Source of the DNA: Octopus sinensis
Lineage: Eukaryota
Direction: 5' to 3'
Assembly (NCBI RefSeq): GCF_006345805.1
Contig: NC_042998.1
Span: 43,028,001 to 43,092,000 of the forward strand
Length of the DNA stretch: 64,000 nucleotides
A model generated the notes under the pieces. The model was not told where the DNA came from. It made no database searches and saw only the letters and a list, made by a program, of their open reading frames with translations. Below are positions 51,349-64,000 of this stretch, piece by piece; positions within the stretch are counted from its first letter, which is position 1, and each line of letters opens with the position of its first letter. Position numbers and translations under genes: made by a program.

Positions 51349-51665
51349 CAGGGCCAGTTTTAAGCTAATGAGATTTATTCAAATTGGGCCCCGCGCCAAG
51401 CGAAAGCTCCGTACCTAGAGAAGGCCCCGCGTCAAGAGAAGGTCCCGCGCCAAGAGAAGGCCCCGCGACACTATCGAGCGGAGGACGCTATGATGAATTT
51501 TTAGTGTATCACTGGCTTAATGCTGGAGCCTCAAGCCCTAAACGCTTTTTGGCTGGGACTGGTGTACTACACGAAGCATAAAACATCAATCTTCAGCTTT
51601 TGTAGGGTAGAGGGCCCCACTGACAATTTTCTAATTGGGTCCCGCGCTTCCTAACGCTGGTCCTG
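51349..51665. mobile_element. hAT (Tip100-like) MITE with internal 18-bp tandem repeats
   Basis: Termini CAGGGCCAGTTTTAAG and CTAACGCTGGTCCTG. TTTACACA at 51341-51348 and 51667-51674 (8-bp TSD with one extra T). Confidence 0.7.
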
Positions 51666-53950
51666 TTTTACACATAGAGATATTTGAAAGAGCTTCCCGA
51701 GGAAAAGATTTCCAAACGTTTTCGTCTTTCACCTTTTAGCCCTAGCCTTTACGTCTGTTATGGGAAAACTGCGACCCACGGAAACTTCTGAATGGCACAT
51801 CTAACGAAAGATCTATAATCTTTTAGTAGTGCAATTCACTTGATGATGAATTATAACACATGCGGCCCTTTTCTCGAAAAAGGTTTATCTATGTCTGCTT
51901 TTATGTGATTGTTCGACCTGCTGGAAATAGCAACCCGATTTCTTTGAAATCATATACTTATTGTCTTTGGAAGAAAAGAGAAGTTACATTACGTAATATT
52001 GTCATTGACCCCACCTCTTACAGATGAGAAGGTCAAGGCTAGAATGCCTTTGAATATAGGGCTGTTTAATCGAGGTTAAACAATATTTAAAGGCAACCTT
52101 CTTCCAGAAGTGAGCCGAGTAAGACATGGTTCATCCTCAGGCAAGCCGCACAAGGTTAAATTTTTTTTTTAAATCATGCTTATCGTTAGGCGTAACATTC
52201 AGAAAGTCCCGTGGGCTGCAGGTTGCCCATGATTGCATTAAGCAATTGATTAAGTTCAAAATACTAGCCTTCATGTGTCTGGTAAAACACCAAAAGTCAG
52301 TCAACTAGAGCTTAAAAAGAGTCTTAAAAGCATTAGATTATGAAACTTGAAGCGTAAAATAACCAGACGTCATTTGTGTGTGGACATACAAGCAAAGAAA
52401 GAGAGAGAGAGAGAGAGTTGAAGACAAGAGATAGAACACAGTGGGAATGCTTCTCAAAGTGGGTGACAAAATCCTCTGCCCTACGGAGGGGGAAATTTAT
52501 ATTGTTACTGGAGAGAAAGGGGCTGTAGGTCGGTAATAGATGCCTTGCTTTTAATTGTCCAAATTTTCAGAATATATTTTCAATTATGTAAGAAGTATGA
52601 TTCAAGTACTGTTCTATGTATTGTGCTTATAGTAGAAGAAACTCTGTAGGATAATAAGGTGGAATCGCAAGCACATAGAACAGAATGCTTAGCGGCATTT
52701 CTTGTGTCTTTATGTTCCGAGTTCAAATGACGCCGGGGTTGACTTTGTCTTTCATCTTTTCGGTGTCGATGAAGTAAGTACCAGTTGAACTCTGGTGGCG
52801 ATGTAATCGACTTACCCCTTCCCGAAATTGCTGGCCTGTGCCAATAATTCGAAATTACTATTAGTAGTTAGTAAGACGGTGGGGTGGCAGAATCGTTACC
52901 GCGCCGGAGAAAATGCTTAGCGGCATACCTTCCAGTTCTTTACGTAAAGAGTTCAAATTCCGCCGAGGTCGACTTTGCCTTTTCTTCTCTAGAGATTGAT
53001 AAAATAAATACCAGTTGAGCACTGAAGCCGATGTAATTGCTCACCACCCCAACTACTCCATTGAAAATTGCTGGCCTTGTACCAAAATTAGAAAGCGTAT
53101 TAGTGGTTAATGTTTGTTTTGACATATCATATGACATCGACAAAATGACTTGAGCTGCCGGAGTGTGCAGCGTAGAGCTCGGCGAGACGGAGACTAGGTG
53201 TAACTAGATAGATGGATTTGTGGCTCGTGCTTCGTCGTTTTGCCGTGTTATCATCCTGCAACACTCCTAGGCACATGTATCTTTCTCTCTCAACAATCTG
53301 TGTGCGTGTGTGTGTGTATATATATATATTCGGTAAATTAAATTCAATCGTGTTTTGTTTTGGAGAGAATTGAGTATAAAGTTTTCACTTTTTTTATTAT
53401 AGTAGTAACTAGGAAAGACTGCTGGGATTATTATTTATATGGACTTAAAGATTGGTCGCCATTTAATATATAATTTAGTTAATGTAGGTTTACTATTAAT
53501 ACCGATACAGATATACATAGATTTATGTGTTTCTTTGTTGTAGTTTAATTTTAAAGTTACAGTTTAATCCTGCGTATATCTAGATTGAATGAATGTGGTT
53601 ATTAAGCTTTCACTTTTATATTATACTATGGAAGACTGTAAGGAATATTTTTTTGTATGACTTAAAGGTTTGGTCGCTGTTTAGTTACATATTTAGGATT
53701 TGGTTATAGATTTACTTATTGGATTTATTTACCGATACTGTTGTACATAGTAGGGTAAGTGTGGTTTCTTTGGTATGTTTGTTCACAGGCAACACTTATT
53801 TTAGTGCTGTTGACACCGCCGGATTGAATAGTATTGCCCAGGTGTCGAAACCATAATAATATCCGTGGGGCAGCTGATGATGGAGGTATATTAGATTGTT
53901 GGTATGAATGTCTTTGTATGTGTGGAATAGTATTATAACACATCCTTTTG

Positions 53951-54002
<52 letters not shown>

Positions 54003-54031
54003 TTCAATCTTTTTAATATAAAATTTTAACT

Positions 54032-54400
54032 AAGGCGGCGAGCTGGCAGAAACGTTAGCACGCCGGGCGAAATGCTTTGCGGTATTTCGTCTGCCGTTAC
54101 GTTCTGAGTTCAAAATTCGCCGAGGTCGACTTTGCCTTTCATCCTTTCGGGGTCGATTAAATAAGTACCAGTTACGCACTAGGGTCGATATAATCGACTT
54201 AATCCGTTTGTCTGTCCTTGTTTGTCCTCTCTGTGCTTAGCCTCTTGTGGGTAGTAAAGAAATAGGTATTTCTGCCGAGGTCGACCTTGCATTTCAACCT
54301 TTCGGGGTCGATAAATTAAGTACCAGTTGCGTACTAGGGTCGATCTAATCGACTGAACCCCTCCCCCAAAATTTCGGGCCTTGTGCCTAGAGTAGAAAAA
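54032..54400 (+). mobile_element. Composite SINE family B insertion with a 17-bp TSD
   Basis: AATATAAAATTTTAACT at 54015-54031 and 54401-54417 brackets the head, the body and a second partial body. Confidence 0.9.
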
Positions 54401-57061
54401 AATATAAAATTTTAACTGTATTGAAAAAGATCAAAGGAACACTTTGGTTATTTTATTAAATAAAATTTTTAATATTCTACTTTGTTTTTTGTTCATATAA
54501 AACCACCAAAAACGTAGCTATTGTATCGCTAATCAGTAGTTTTCTCCAGATCTTTTTTCTTGTTCAATATTTCATTATTCTGCGTTATGGTTACTGATGA
54601 TTAATTGAAAATTTATTTTTAAATCCATCAGTTTTTGTTATGTATAGTTTTTCCCCTTTACTTGCCATCTTCATGAATTTTCTGTTGGTCATTTTTTTTT
54701 GTACCTGGCTTGACAAAGTTCAGGGACGGTTACCTGGCTTGACGGTTCAGGGACTGGATTTACTTGTAGGGGGTTTATTTCTCTTAACTGAAGCCACCAT
54801 GAAAAGCTTCATTTTGTGTGAGTATTGCTACTTTGGACAGAAAAGCTGTAAGCCTTTACCTTTTTTAGGTTGTGAAAAAGACCTAAGATTTACTGAATAA
54901 CACACGATAATGGTCTTCACTACTACTGTTTTCTATTTTTAGGAGCATTGATAATTACTTTTACAATCCCAAACTCTTCATATAATTTACCTTTTGTAAA
55001 TATCTTGAAGGTTAGAAGCCTTAAATGCATTGCATCATTCTTCAAAAGGTATTACATTTGTCAAGCTTAATTCGATTAATTAGCTATGGAAACAGCTTCC
55101 AGAGAAGTCACACCTATCATTTTAAGTATTTTGTGACTCTTCCATATCAAACAATGTAGTCTGTTTCCCTATTTCTCAGACACATCTGATACAAGCTGAG
55201 TTCTGTGATCACAGTGAAGCAAACAAAACGAAAAGAAAGAAAGGAAAAAATCCTTTAATCTCATTTCAAGTTTAGTTGTTAGTTCAGCCATTGGCTTAAA
55301 TACTGAAATTATGCTGAATGCCCACCTCTTCAGTATTGTCTGAAAACAATTTAAGAATGTGACCGCGGAAGAAGATATATATCTCTGGTGATTCATGAGC
55401 ATTTCCTTAATCTCCTCATCACCTATACTTTGAAGTAATTAGATAAACACTATCCAGTATTCCATAGATTATTTTTACATTGTCAGCAGATCCAGGCCTT
55501 GTTTAATTAGCAAGTGATTTGTTATTTCCTCCTGTGATTAATTGTTTCGTAGTAGAAAGTCAAGTAACGCTTGTTACACTCCCTTCTTAAGATGTAAGCA
55601 TTGGGAAACACTTAGTTTGCACCTTTGTTTAAAGAATCAGTTAACACTGAAAAGGGCAAACCATGTTCTTCGGAGTATTCCATGTGCTTTTATGTAAAAT
55701 ACATTACTAGAATACTGCTTTATTTTCCCCCACATGTTACACTTTCCTGTATCACTTTATATTTCTTTTGTCAATTTCTGTTCCACAACTGACTCTTCCG
55801 TACGTTTAAACTTGTTTTATAACATGATACGCATTATGCAGTTCTGTGGCCAATATTTTGCAATGTCGATTTGATCAAGCCGGGGATAAAAATGACGAGA
55901 ATAATAATATACCAGCAATACGAGCGTTGAATTTATGTTCATCTATAGCAGTATGTCATTCGACCCTTACTCAAATCACAACACGACTTCAGGCCGTTAC
56001 ACTCAGATCCTATCCTCTTTCTCACGAAGCCGACTCGGAGAATACGTGATGCCTAAAGAAGAAGCAAATAAATCCACACACATAAAGACCATTTCCAGAT
56101 GAAGACCACTCGGCACTGATTGTTAGTTACAAGTTGTGGACTCTGCCAATAAATAGTAAGATAATTGGTTTAATTCATCATATGTCAATAATAACTTGCA
56201 ATCGTTCCAAGGTGTTATAGGGCATGGGCTGTTGCTATCCGTTATATGTACAAGCACAAGGTTTGAAGGTGGACGATCTTGTTTAGGGTGGGTAAGAAAA
56301 TAGTTTCATAACGGAATTGCAGTATTGCTTTTAACCAATTCTTTATGCGTTGAAGCATTTTAGCAGCTTCACATTTATTTGTAGCTGCTACGATAAAACA
56401 AGCGACAGTCAGAAATTGGTATGCTAGAAATTAAATATCTCAAAGTTACATGATGAAGATCTATGCTAAGCGTTTACTTAATTGGTATCTAGTTTCTTTG
56501 TTTTATGGTAAAGATATTGGTAATCCATTAAGGACTGGTGTTTTACACAAAGTATTTGAGCAATGTACTTGATCCCCAAGTAAATTAACCAGGTGCTAGG
56601 GGCTGCAAAGGAAGCAGATGCCACAGAATTCTTTCTAGTGCAAAATTTACCCTGATGCATATTGGTGCAGCTAAACTAGTATCCTACAAAATGAAGACCC
56701 CCACACATGTATGCACATGTATATTTGTGTGTGTATATATATATATATATATACATAAAATATATGCCGACCAAAGCCTGAAAGAAGCCCGTCGTATATA
56801 CATATTGTATTTTTTATTAAATATATATATGTCTGTGTTTACCCCTGCATCATCGCAACTGATGTTGGTGTGCTTGCGTCCCCTGTAACTTAGCGGTTCG
56901 GCAAAAGAGATCGATAGAATAAGTACTTGGCTTACGAACAATAAATCCTGGAGGCCAATTTGTTCGACTAAAGGCTGTGCTCCAGCATGGCCACTGTCAA
57001 ATGACTGAAACAAGTAAAAGAATAATAAATAAAAGCATATATGTGTATATGTACACATACA

Positions 57062-57167
<106 letters not shown>

Positions 57168-58294
57168 GGTACATACATATGACGTAATGTTAATACTAGA
57201 CAGTGATAGTTTCAGACCATACTACAAACCAAAAGAGAACTTAATATATATACATAGTCAAACGAATCACCCACCTAGTATACTGAGGAACTTGGCCGAC
57301 AATATCAGTAAACGTGTATCTTCGTTTTCTTCTGATGAAGATGCTTTTAAGGGGCGCTTAGAAATGGGTTTTCTGCTAAGATTAGATACGTAAAAAACAT
57401 TGGCATACTCAACGTAAGAATAGGAATAGGAAAAGGAATATTTTATGGTACAACCCAGTATTTAACTTAGTAGTAAAAACTAATAAAGCAAGAGAATTTC
57501 TTATTTTATAGATCACCATTTCCCGCCAGGGCATAGGTATAGGAAAATACTGTATAAGAAATGTCTTAAGGTTTGCTATTTAACTTGCAAAAATTTCGGG
57601 TGTTATATCAAAGGTTGTAATGCCATGAAGGTGAACAGAAGAAAGATGGGATCTTTTGTGTTTGGCTGCCAATTTTCAATCTCTTCAATTTATGTTCGAA
57701 TTGATTTCTTATTCGGTGTAATGATATGGTTTTATATGCTAACTAATGCCTTGAAATTCATTTTCACCACAAATCAATAAATAAGGAGTTAAAAACTTTT
57801 AAAGTTAGCAAATTTTGGGTAATTTTAGCCAATCGAAAGCCACAGACATTCATGCCCTTTTCTATAATAAGTCCAAGTATGAGAACTTTTTTGTCTGCAA
57901 GAAAGCACGTGCTGACATATATCTTCTATTCATTGAGTTGGTGGTGAGATGTGCTAAAAATTACAGCTAAATAGGTCTTAAATCACGCACCCACCAAATT
58001 TTTGTTTTTGTTTTTACACTGTCGTATGATTTCCCATGTGTAGAATACAAATTCGCCCAAAAATTCTGGAAATTCTAAAAAAAAAGTTATAAGGGGTTAT
58101 ATGGTGTGTGTAAAGCAGAATTCCGCCAGTATTTCATTTGCTTGCAGTTGACAACACGTGCTGTCACGCACTAAATAACAGCTTCCAAATCCTGTTTTCT
58201 GACTGAGTAAACTTTAAATCTCAATAACTTTTTTAAAACATTCTTCTGGAAAAAGTGAAGTATCTCCTGAGATTTAGCTTGGAAAACTACATTA

Positions 58295-58600
58295 ATGCAC
58301 CAAATTTTAAAATTTTCAATAAACTTTGAATCTTCGAAAATTGGCAGCCAAACTGAAAAGATCCGAAAGATGCAAGCAGTGCGCCAACAAAGATCATGCA
58401 ACTTTAGAATTCGTGAGACTTGTCCATTAGATGTTCACTTCCTGGCAAAGTCGATAGTATACAGTGCAAAGGTCGGATCAAACAGCAGCGATCAACCTAA
58501 AATATATATTGGGGAAACGAAACACACATTCGAAAACCCTTATTACAAGTATAAACATTCATCAACTCCGAGAGAAAATGTGTTACGGCTTTGTCGAAGT
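58295..58600 (+). pseudogene. Penelope-like GIY-YIG endonuclease remnant
   Basis: CNFRIRETCPLDVHFLAKSIVYSAKV...KIYIGETKHTFENPYYKYKHSS follows the CNCR-x4-CPL-x2-CL-x3-IVY...YIGxT...FKxRY-x2-HK pattern of PLE endonucleases, with several conserved residues mutated. Confidence 0.75.
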
Positions 58601-60941
58601 TTATATGGTTCTTGCATAATTCAAAATTATGAATTCAAAATAATTCAAATTTATTGGATCTATAGTAGATAATGTACCACCTGAGAGGAACTGACCAAGG
58701 TGCTGCGCAGTGCAAATGAACCCAAAATCACATGCATTTTTACATTAGTTTCAATAAACTTTTGTATTTGTATTTTCTCACACTTTCAACGGTTAAAACG
58801 AAATTGAATATATGCTGAAAATAAGCATTTTTCTTGTTGCTCGCTTATACTACATGATATTATTTAGTGTTTAGTAAAGTTCTTTTAAAGAAAACATGTT
58901 AATTTAAAATATAGTTGTAGAGTTTGGCTTGCAAAAACTTCCAACATTTGGCACTTATGTCTTAAATTTTTGTCAGTTAAGCAATGGAAGAACTTAGGTG
59001 GAATCATCGTTAGGTTGTATTTATGCCATCTGTTGGACATAATGCCGCCCAGTCCGCAAGTAAATTATTTTTTTTTGGTTGCTTCATTTGTGTGCTGGTA
59101 AATAGGTAATTCCCATTTAGCATTTATGACATTAAAGTTTTGTTCTCGTTAATGCGCATGCGCATGTGTGTATGAGTGTGTGTGTATGTGTGTGTGTGTG
59201 TATGTGTGTATTTGTGTATTCCTGCGTGTTATATACGTGCACATACATGTATATACATACACATACATATAACTGAAGTCTCTTGGACTTTAGTTGTTTT
59301 TTTGTGATTTATTTGCTTTAAGTGTGTGTGTGTATGTATATATACATATATTTACACACACACACGCATATATGTGCGTATGCATATTCACATATTTACA
59401 TACATACGCATATACTTGTGTGTGTTTGTATGTGCATATACATATATCTACACAAACACACACACATGCATATAAGTGTGTGCGTACGCACGTGTAATAC
59501 CAGTTCTGATATATAATATCTCAACGATATTCTCCCATGTGAAGAACACGATCTATTTCCTATAATTCTAAGGATTCAAAACTTATTTATTTAAAGGATT
59601 ACCAACGCATAAATTATCCTTTGGAATATCCATCAAAGACCAGGTGTTCGGCATTGAGGATAGATATATATCAAGATAAATTTTAAAGGAAACTTACGAT
59701 TAGAAAAGAGGGGGAAAAAGTCTAGAAAACATCATTGCGCTACAGTGAGATCTTCAAGCGTGACTAGGAGAGTATTCGAACACAAAACATCTGGAAAGTA
59801 TTGTCAACAATTAAATAAAGTTTTGCAACAAATAACGTATTCTACTCTGTATATTGTATTGTGTATTGCTTCATATGTGCGGGCCCTATTTTTAGCTGCT
59901 ATTTACAATAGTTTTTCCTCTTATTACACTTTTGTTTCTATATTTATATGATGTAACTTGAAAAAAAAATGTGCGCGAAAAAATATGCAGCACGCTAGAA
60001 TCTTTATCTAAAATAACTTTGGGCTTACAACTGCTGGATAGAACAAAAGAAGTCGATAGCAAAATGTCACGATTCCGAGTCCCCGCTCTTTCAGTGAATG
60101 AATTCGATGATGGATATGAGTGATGTCGACACAGATCAAAGGGAACTTTGAGAGAGCGTTCTCAAAGTTTTTTTTTCCTCATGGCTATAAAAAACCACAA
60201 CTTTTCGATTCTCATGAAAGTCATCTTGTTTGCCTAAGTTTACATCTCATCTCATCTCTGTTTGTCTGTTTCTGTCTCTCTCTTTCTCACTCTCTCTCTC
60301 CTTCTCTCTCTTTTTCTCTCTGAGATGCACATTTCTTATCTTTCGAACTCAGCCAACATATTTTACTTTTACTCTATATTTAATAGAGACAAGCATTTCT
60401 TGTCGAATACTTTACGCAGCCAGCATCTTAACTACTTGCCCTTCACACACTCATGAACTTAACTTGGCTGATTGATTGAGCCCGTGGGACACGGAGCAAT
60501 CTTCCTGGTTCTTTCTCAGAAAGCTCCAATATTTCAAGTCATACATATTACGTTCTGGTTACTTACCCATTAGTGTCTTTATTTTAGATTTCGTGTGATT
60601 ATTAACTTATAGATGGTCTCTGTCTCACGCGATGAAACCATCTAATAACGACTCCTTTCAGAAGGCTGGAATAATACATATAGGTGCCAGTGGGAAAGAG
60701 AGAGAGACACACACACAACCGAGCAGAATGTTTGAGAGAATTTTTATTGGTGTTAACATGTGTGTCAGTGTGTGCGTCATGTTTACAGAATGATAGGCAG
60801 GCCGTCATGAGAACAAAGTGTATGTGTGTATAGACATGGATGTATGCGTGTGCGTAATATATATATAAGAATAGAAATGAAAAAGGAGACAGTCAAAGAG
60901 TCTATAATGAGAAGTTAGACGAATGTTCATAGACACAAGAA

Positions 60942-61250
60942 TTTTGTTTTGTTTGTTCCTTCTCGAACTATGCCTGGCCCATAAGGGCCGGATTCCCGGT
61001 TTCTTGACGTATAGGTTCCCACCTGGACGGGACGCCAGTCCATCGCAGGTGAGCTGCAAGATGCAGGAGGAAAGAGTGAGAAAAAGTTGTGGCGAAAGAG
61101 TCAGCTGAAGTTCGCCATTACCTTCTGCTGGAGCCGCGTGGAGCTTAGGTGTTTCGCTCATAAATACACACATCGTCCGATCTGAGATTCGAACCCGCGA
61201 TCCCTCGACTGCGAGTCCGCTGCTCTAACCACTAGGCCATGTGCCTCCAC
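60942..61250 (-). mobile_element. Full-length tRNA-derived SINE family E with TSD
   Basis: A-box TGGCCTAGTGG, B-box GGTTCGAATC, body CCTGCGATGGACTGGCGTCCCGTCCAGG (resembles the Deu/Nin-type domain, inference) and (AAAC)n tail. TSD AGACACAAGAA (60931-60941) / AGATACAAGAA (61251-61261). Confidence 0.85.
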
Positions 61251-64000
61251 AGATACAAGAATGAGAAATGCCAGTTCGTAGTCAATTGTACACGGTGGTT
61301 AAAATACTGTACCAAGAAGTTGCAGCGATGATGCAGAACCGGTGCGGTAGTGTCGTACGAAGTTGTGACTGATGCTGCTGCCTGGATCCCTTGTACAGGA
61401 GTTCTCGCAGTTTGCATATTCGCTGTTAACCATGGTGAAGTAATTCACAAACATTGCTATGTTAGACTCTGTGCAGTGTAGCTTGAACTGTGTACGTAGA
61501 AAGATGATGTTGACGACGTAAAGAAGATAATGGTGGCGACGAAGACGGAGGTTCGTAATGCTGTTGGACGGGTCGTCTGGCGTTGTCGCAGGAACTGGCT
61601 GTGTCTTGTGTGGTTAGTGGCTAGACCTCAAAAGGTCTGGAACCAAAGACCTCGAGACGAGGAGAAGGTGAGTTTTTATAAAGAACAGTAGGTTCAAACA
61701 GGGTTTAGAAAAGGCTGCCTCATGTGATCTTATTTAGATGCTCTGATTGGTTATACGCTGCGCACTGGTGTGATAGAGTAAGGGACAAATTGCACCAATA
61801 CCAACCTATCAGAGAAGAAGACACAACGGGATCTAAATAGCGGCCAAAAGTTATCTGTTATCTGCTACGTTCGAATGCCTGTATACATAATAAAGAGGAG
61901 AGGAATTTCACTCGAGTGTACGCTACAAAGTAAACGGAGAATAGGCAGTGATGGTTTATATTTTCTTTGCTTGATAGCTGCAAGTTTGATCGGGTGTGTA
62001 GACTATTAAATATTTTTACACATATTAATACTTCAAGGTTAGGACAATTGATTGGCAAATCGTTTGAGCATTGGTCGAAACCGTTGACGCTTTGGGGCAT
62101 ACATTTCGATTTTTTAAGTTCTGAATTCGAATTCTTTCATGGTCAATAAAATAGAGTACCAGTCAAGCAACGGTGCCGTTATAATCGACTCTCTCTAAAC
62201 CATATTTTTTTCGGAGTTATCTTCCTTACGTACTGTTATGTGTAGTTTGGGTTCTAATGGGAAAGACAACCAATTGAAAACCATTGTTATGTTTACGTGT
62301 TTATTTTCATTACATGATACACGGACGACGACATTCAGCGTAGTGATACATTGTATACTTTACACACAGTTGTACTGTTCACTAACAAAATAGTGCCAAG
62401 AGTCGAGATGTAGTTTGGCATACGCAAACACATAGATATGAATGTGTAACACGTACTACATTTGAAAAGAACGATCATTGGTGCTAATGAACTTTTTTCT
62501 CTTTACGAGTATAATTCTAATTGATTAAACATTCGTTTTAGCATACCACATCAAGTATGTTAGTCCGCACTTAATTATCGAAAATTGACTTGCAGACATT
62601 ATTTTCTCCATAACTATTACACTTAAGTTACCTCGAACATATTCTAGGGTGCTGGCGTACACAATGTTCTCATTTTTGATACACAGTATTTTTCCTAATT
62701 TCTTATCATAATTTCATTCTTTCGCTCTGTTGGAACATGTAATCGCATCTTTGCTATATAACAGAACAAACAACATTGTATTAGAACCTTAGAGGCTCCT
62801 ATTTAGAAATATATAATTCTGTCTACAATTATATACAATTATGTACAGTCGATTCTGCTTAATTGCAACTTGGATAATTACATAATTCTGTTAATTGTAT
62901 CACTCTTCAAAACTCCGAACTGTTTACTATCGAATCCATCAAATATTGATTAATATCAGTTAAATGCATAACATTTTCGTGAATTCGAGTAATAAAATGG
63001 TGAAAAGTAGAGGCCGGCGCCAGCGTTTTATAGCAGCCAGAAAACTATGAGAAAAGGCAAAATGTTTATATAATATTGTTATATGAGATTTTACATAATA
63101 AATCAATTCTAAGTCACTTTTCGATGTAATTGTAAAGCTACAATGAATAAAAAGAGTGAAGCAATGTTTATTAGGAGACACGCATACATTACACAACAAT
63201 TCTATTCTGGTGTTCTGCTACTAAACGAAGAACAATGTCTTTAAGCTTCAGGTTTTCGGTACATCTTCAATTCGTAGAAATTGTGCTTGAATTGTCCAGA
63301 CTGTTGTCCACCATTGACATTTGTAGATAAATCTATGTCATACGTAGTTTGTAAAAATGTGTACACAACACATATTGTTGACAGATAGCGTTATAGCAAT
63401 TTGAAGTCATCATTGTAGAGATGTTAAAACTCAAATAAATCGGTTAATGGGTTGAATATGCATGACTTCCGCTTAATTTGACCCTTTAGATTGAGGCACT
63501 CTGCTTACATCGTCCTTATTCAGTTAATACATGTCTATCATGAAGTTCAGACCGTCAAAACCGAGAAATCGGTCGCTTAGAGATTAAGATAGAAAAGCGG
63601 TGTTACAGATCTGAGAAAATTCGACCCAAATCAGGTCTCACGGCGAAATAAAAAGTATTTTCATTATTTGTCGGCTTTTAACAACCTCAATAATTACCGA
63701 GTCCTCCAAATGCTGCGGTAGTTTGCCTCACTGTTTAGGTTTCTCACCAACCAGCTGTTTGTCTTAATTTCAGTGTCCTGTTAACTCGATCGTATGCCAC
63801 ATATCTTCACCGTTCATCTTGTTTCGTTCGGCATCAAGACTCTCAATGTAACTCGATATCACTTCCCTTGTTATACTCATTATACACTTAAGAAGATTAC
63901 ATCATCTCCGTCTGTGGCTTGAGTCGTAATAGAATTTTTCTATTACGGAAAATACTTGTAGATATAGAAGCGACTTGTTCTCAGATGACTTGGTTTTCTC

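Noticed and set aside
55169-55402. Minus-strand ORF with CLLHCDHRTQLV resembling the hAT HCxxHxLxL motif
   Set aside because: A single weak motif with no termini or other transposase motifs identified.
61170-61246. Genuine tRNA gene
   Set aside because: The acceptor stem and anticodon arm are not canonical, and the sequence continues into a SINE body, tail and TSD.
63700-64000. Degenerate minus-strand coding remnant (REVISSYIESLDAERNKMNGEDMWHTIE) and a 10-bp hairpin at 63925-63947
   Set aside because: Frames are short and interrupted with no diagnostic motif; an isolated 10-bp inverted repeat is plausible by chance in 64 kb of AT-rich DNA.

Overview
Repeat-rich eukaryotic genomic DNA. The SINE, RTE and microsatellite content looks like an octopus/cephalopod genome (inference, not verified). 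The one well-supported host gene is a + strand testican/SPOCK (Drosophila Cow)-like gene. Eight phase-compatible coding exons (9213-29170, about 368 aa) give a follistatin-N-like Cys cluster, an acidic linker, a basic linker, a SPARC-type EF-hand (EC) domain and a thyroglobulin type-1 domain. Its signal-peptide exon was not found. No Kazal domain and no acidic GAG-attachment tail were found. The largest mobile element is a young, 5'-truncated RTE-clade LINE (about 41776-45428, - strand) with a single 1-nt frameshift. It has a complete C4HC3 PHD finger inserted inside its reverse transcriptase and a tandem array of 62-64 bp double-hairpin units in its 3' UTR. The ultra-AT-rich first 2.8 kb holds two type I hammerhead-ribozyme motifs of the Penelope-like (PLE) kind, and one still has an intact catalytic core. 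The rest is tRNA-derived SINEs, mariner, piggyBac and hAT MITEs, Helitron-like elements, older RTE/PLE fragments and microsatellites. CpG-retaining patches at about 35 kb and beyond 49.5 kb include a paired-CRE regulatory candidate. All coordinates and alignments were derived by eye; no database searches were run.
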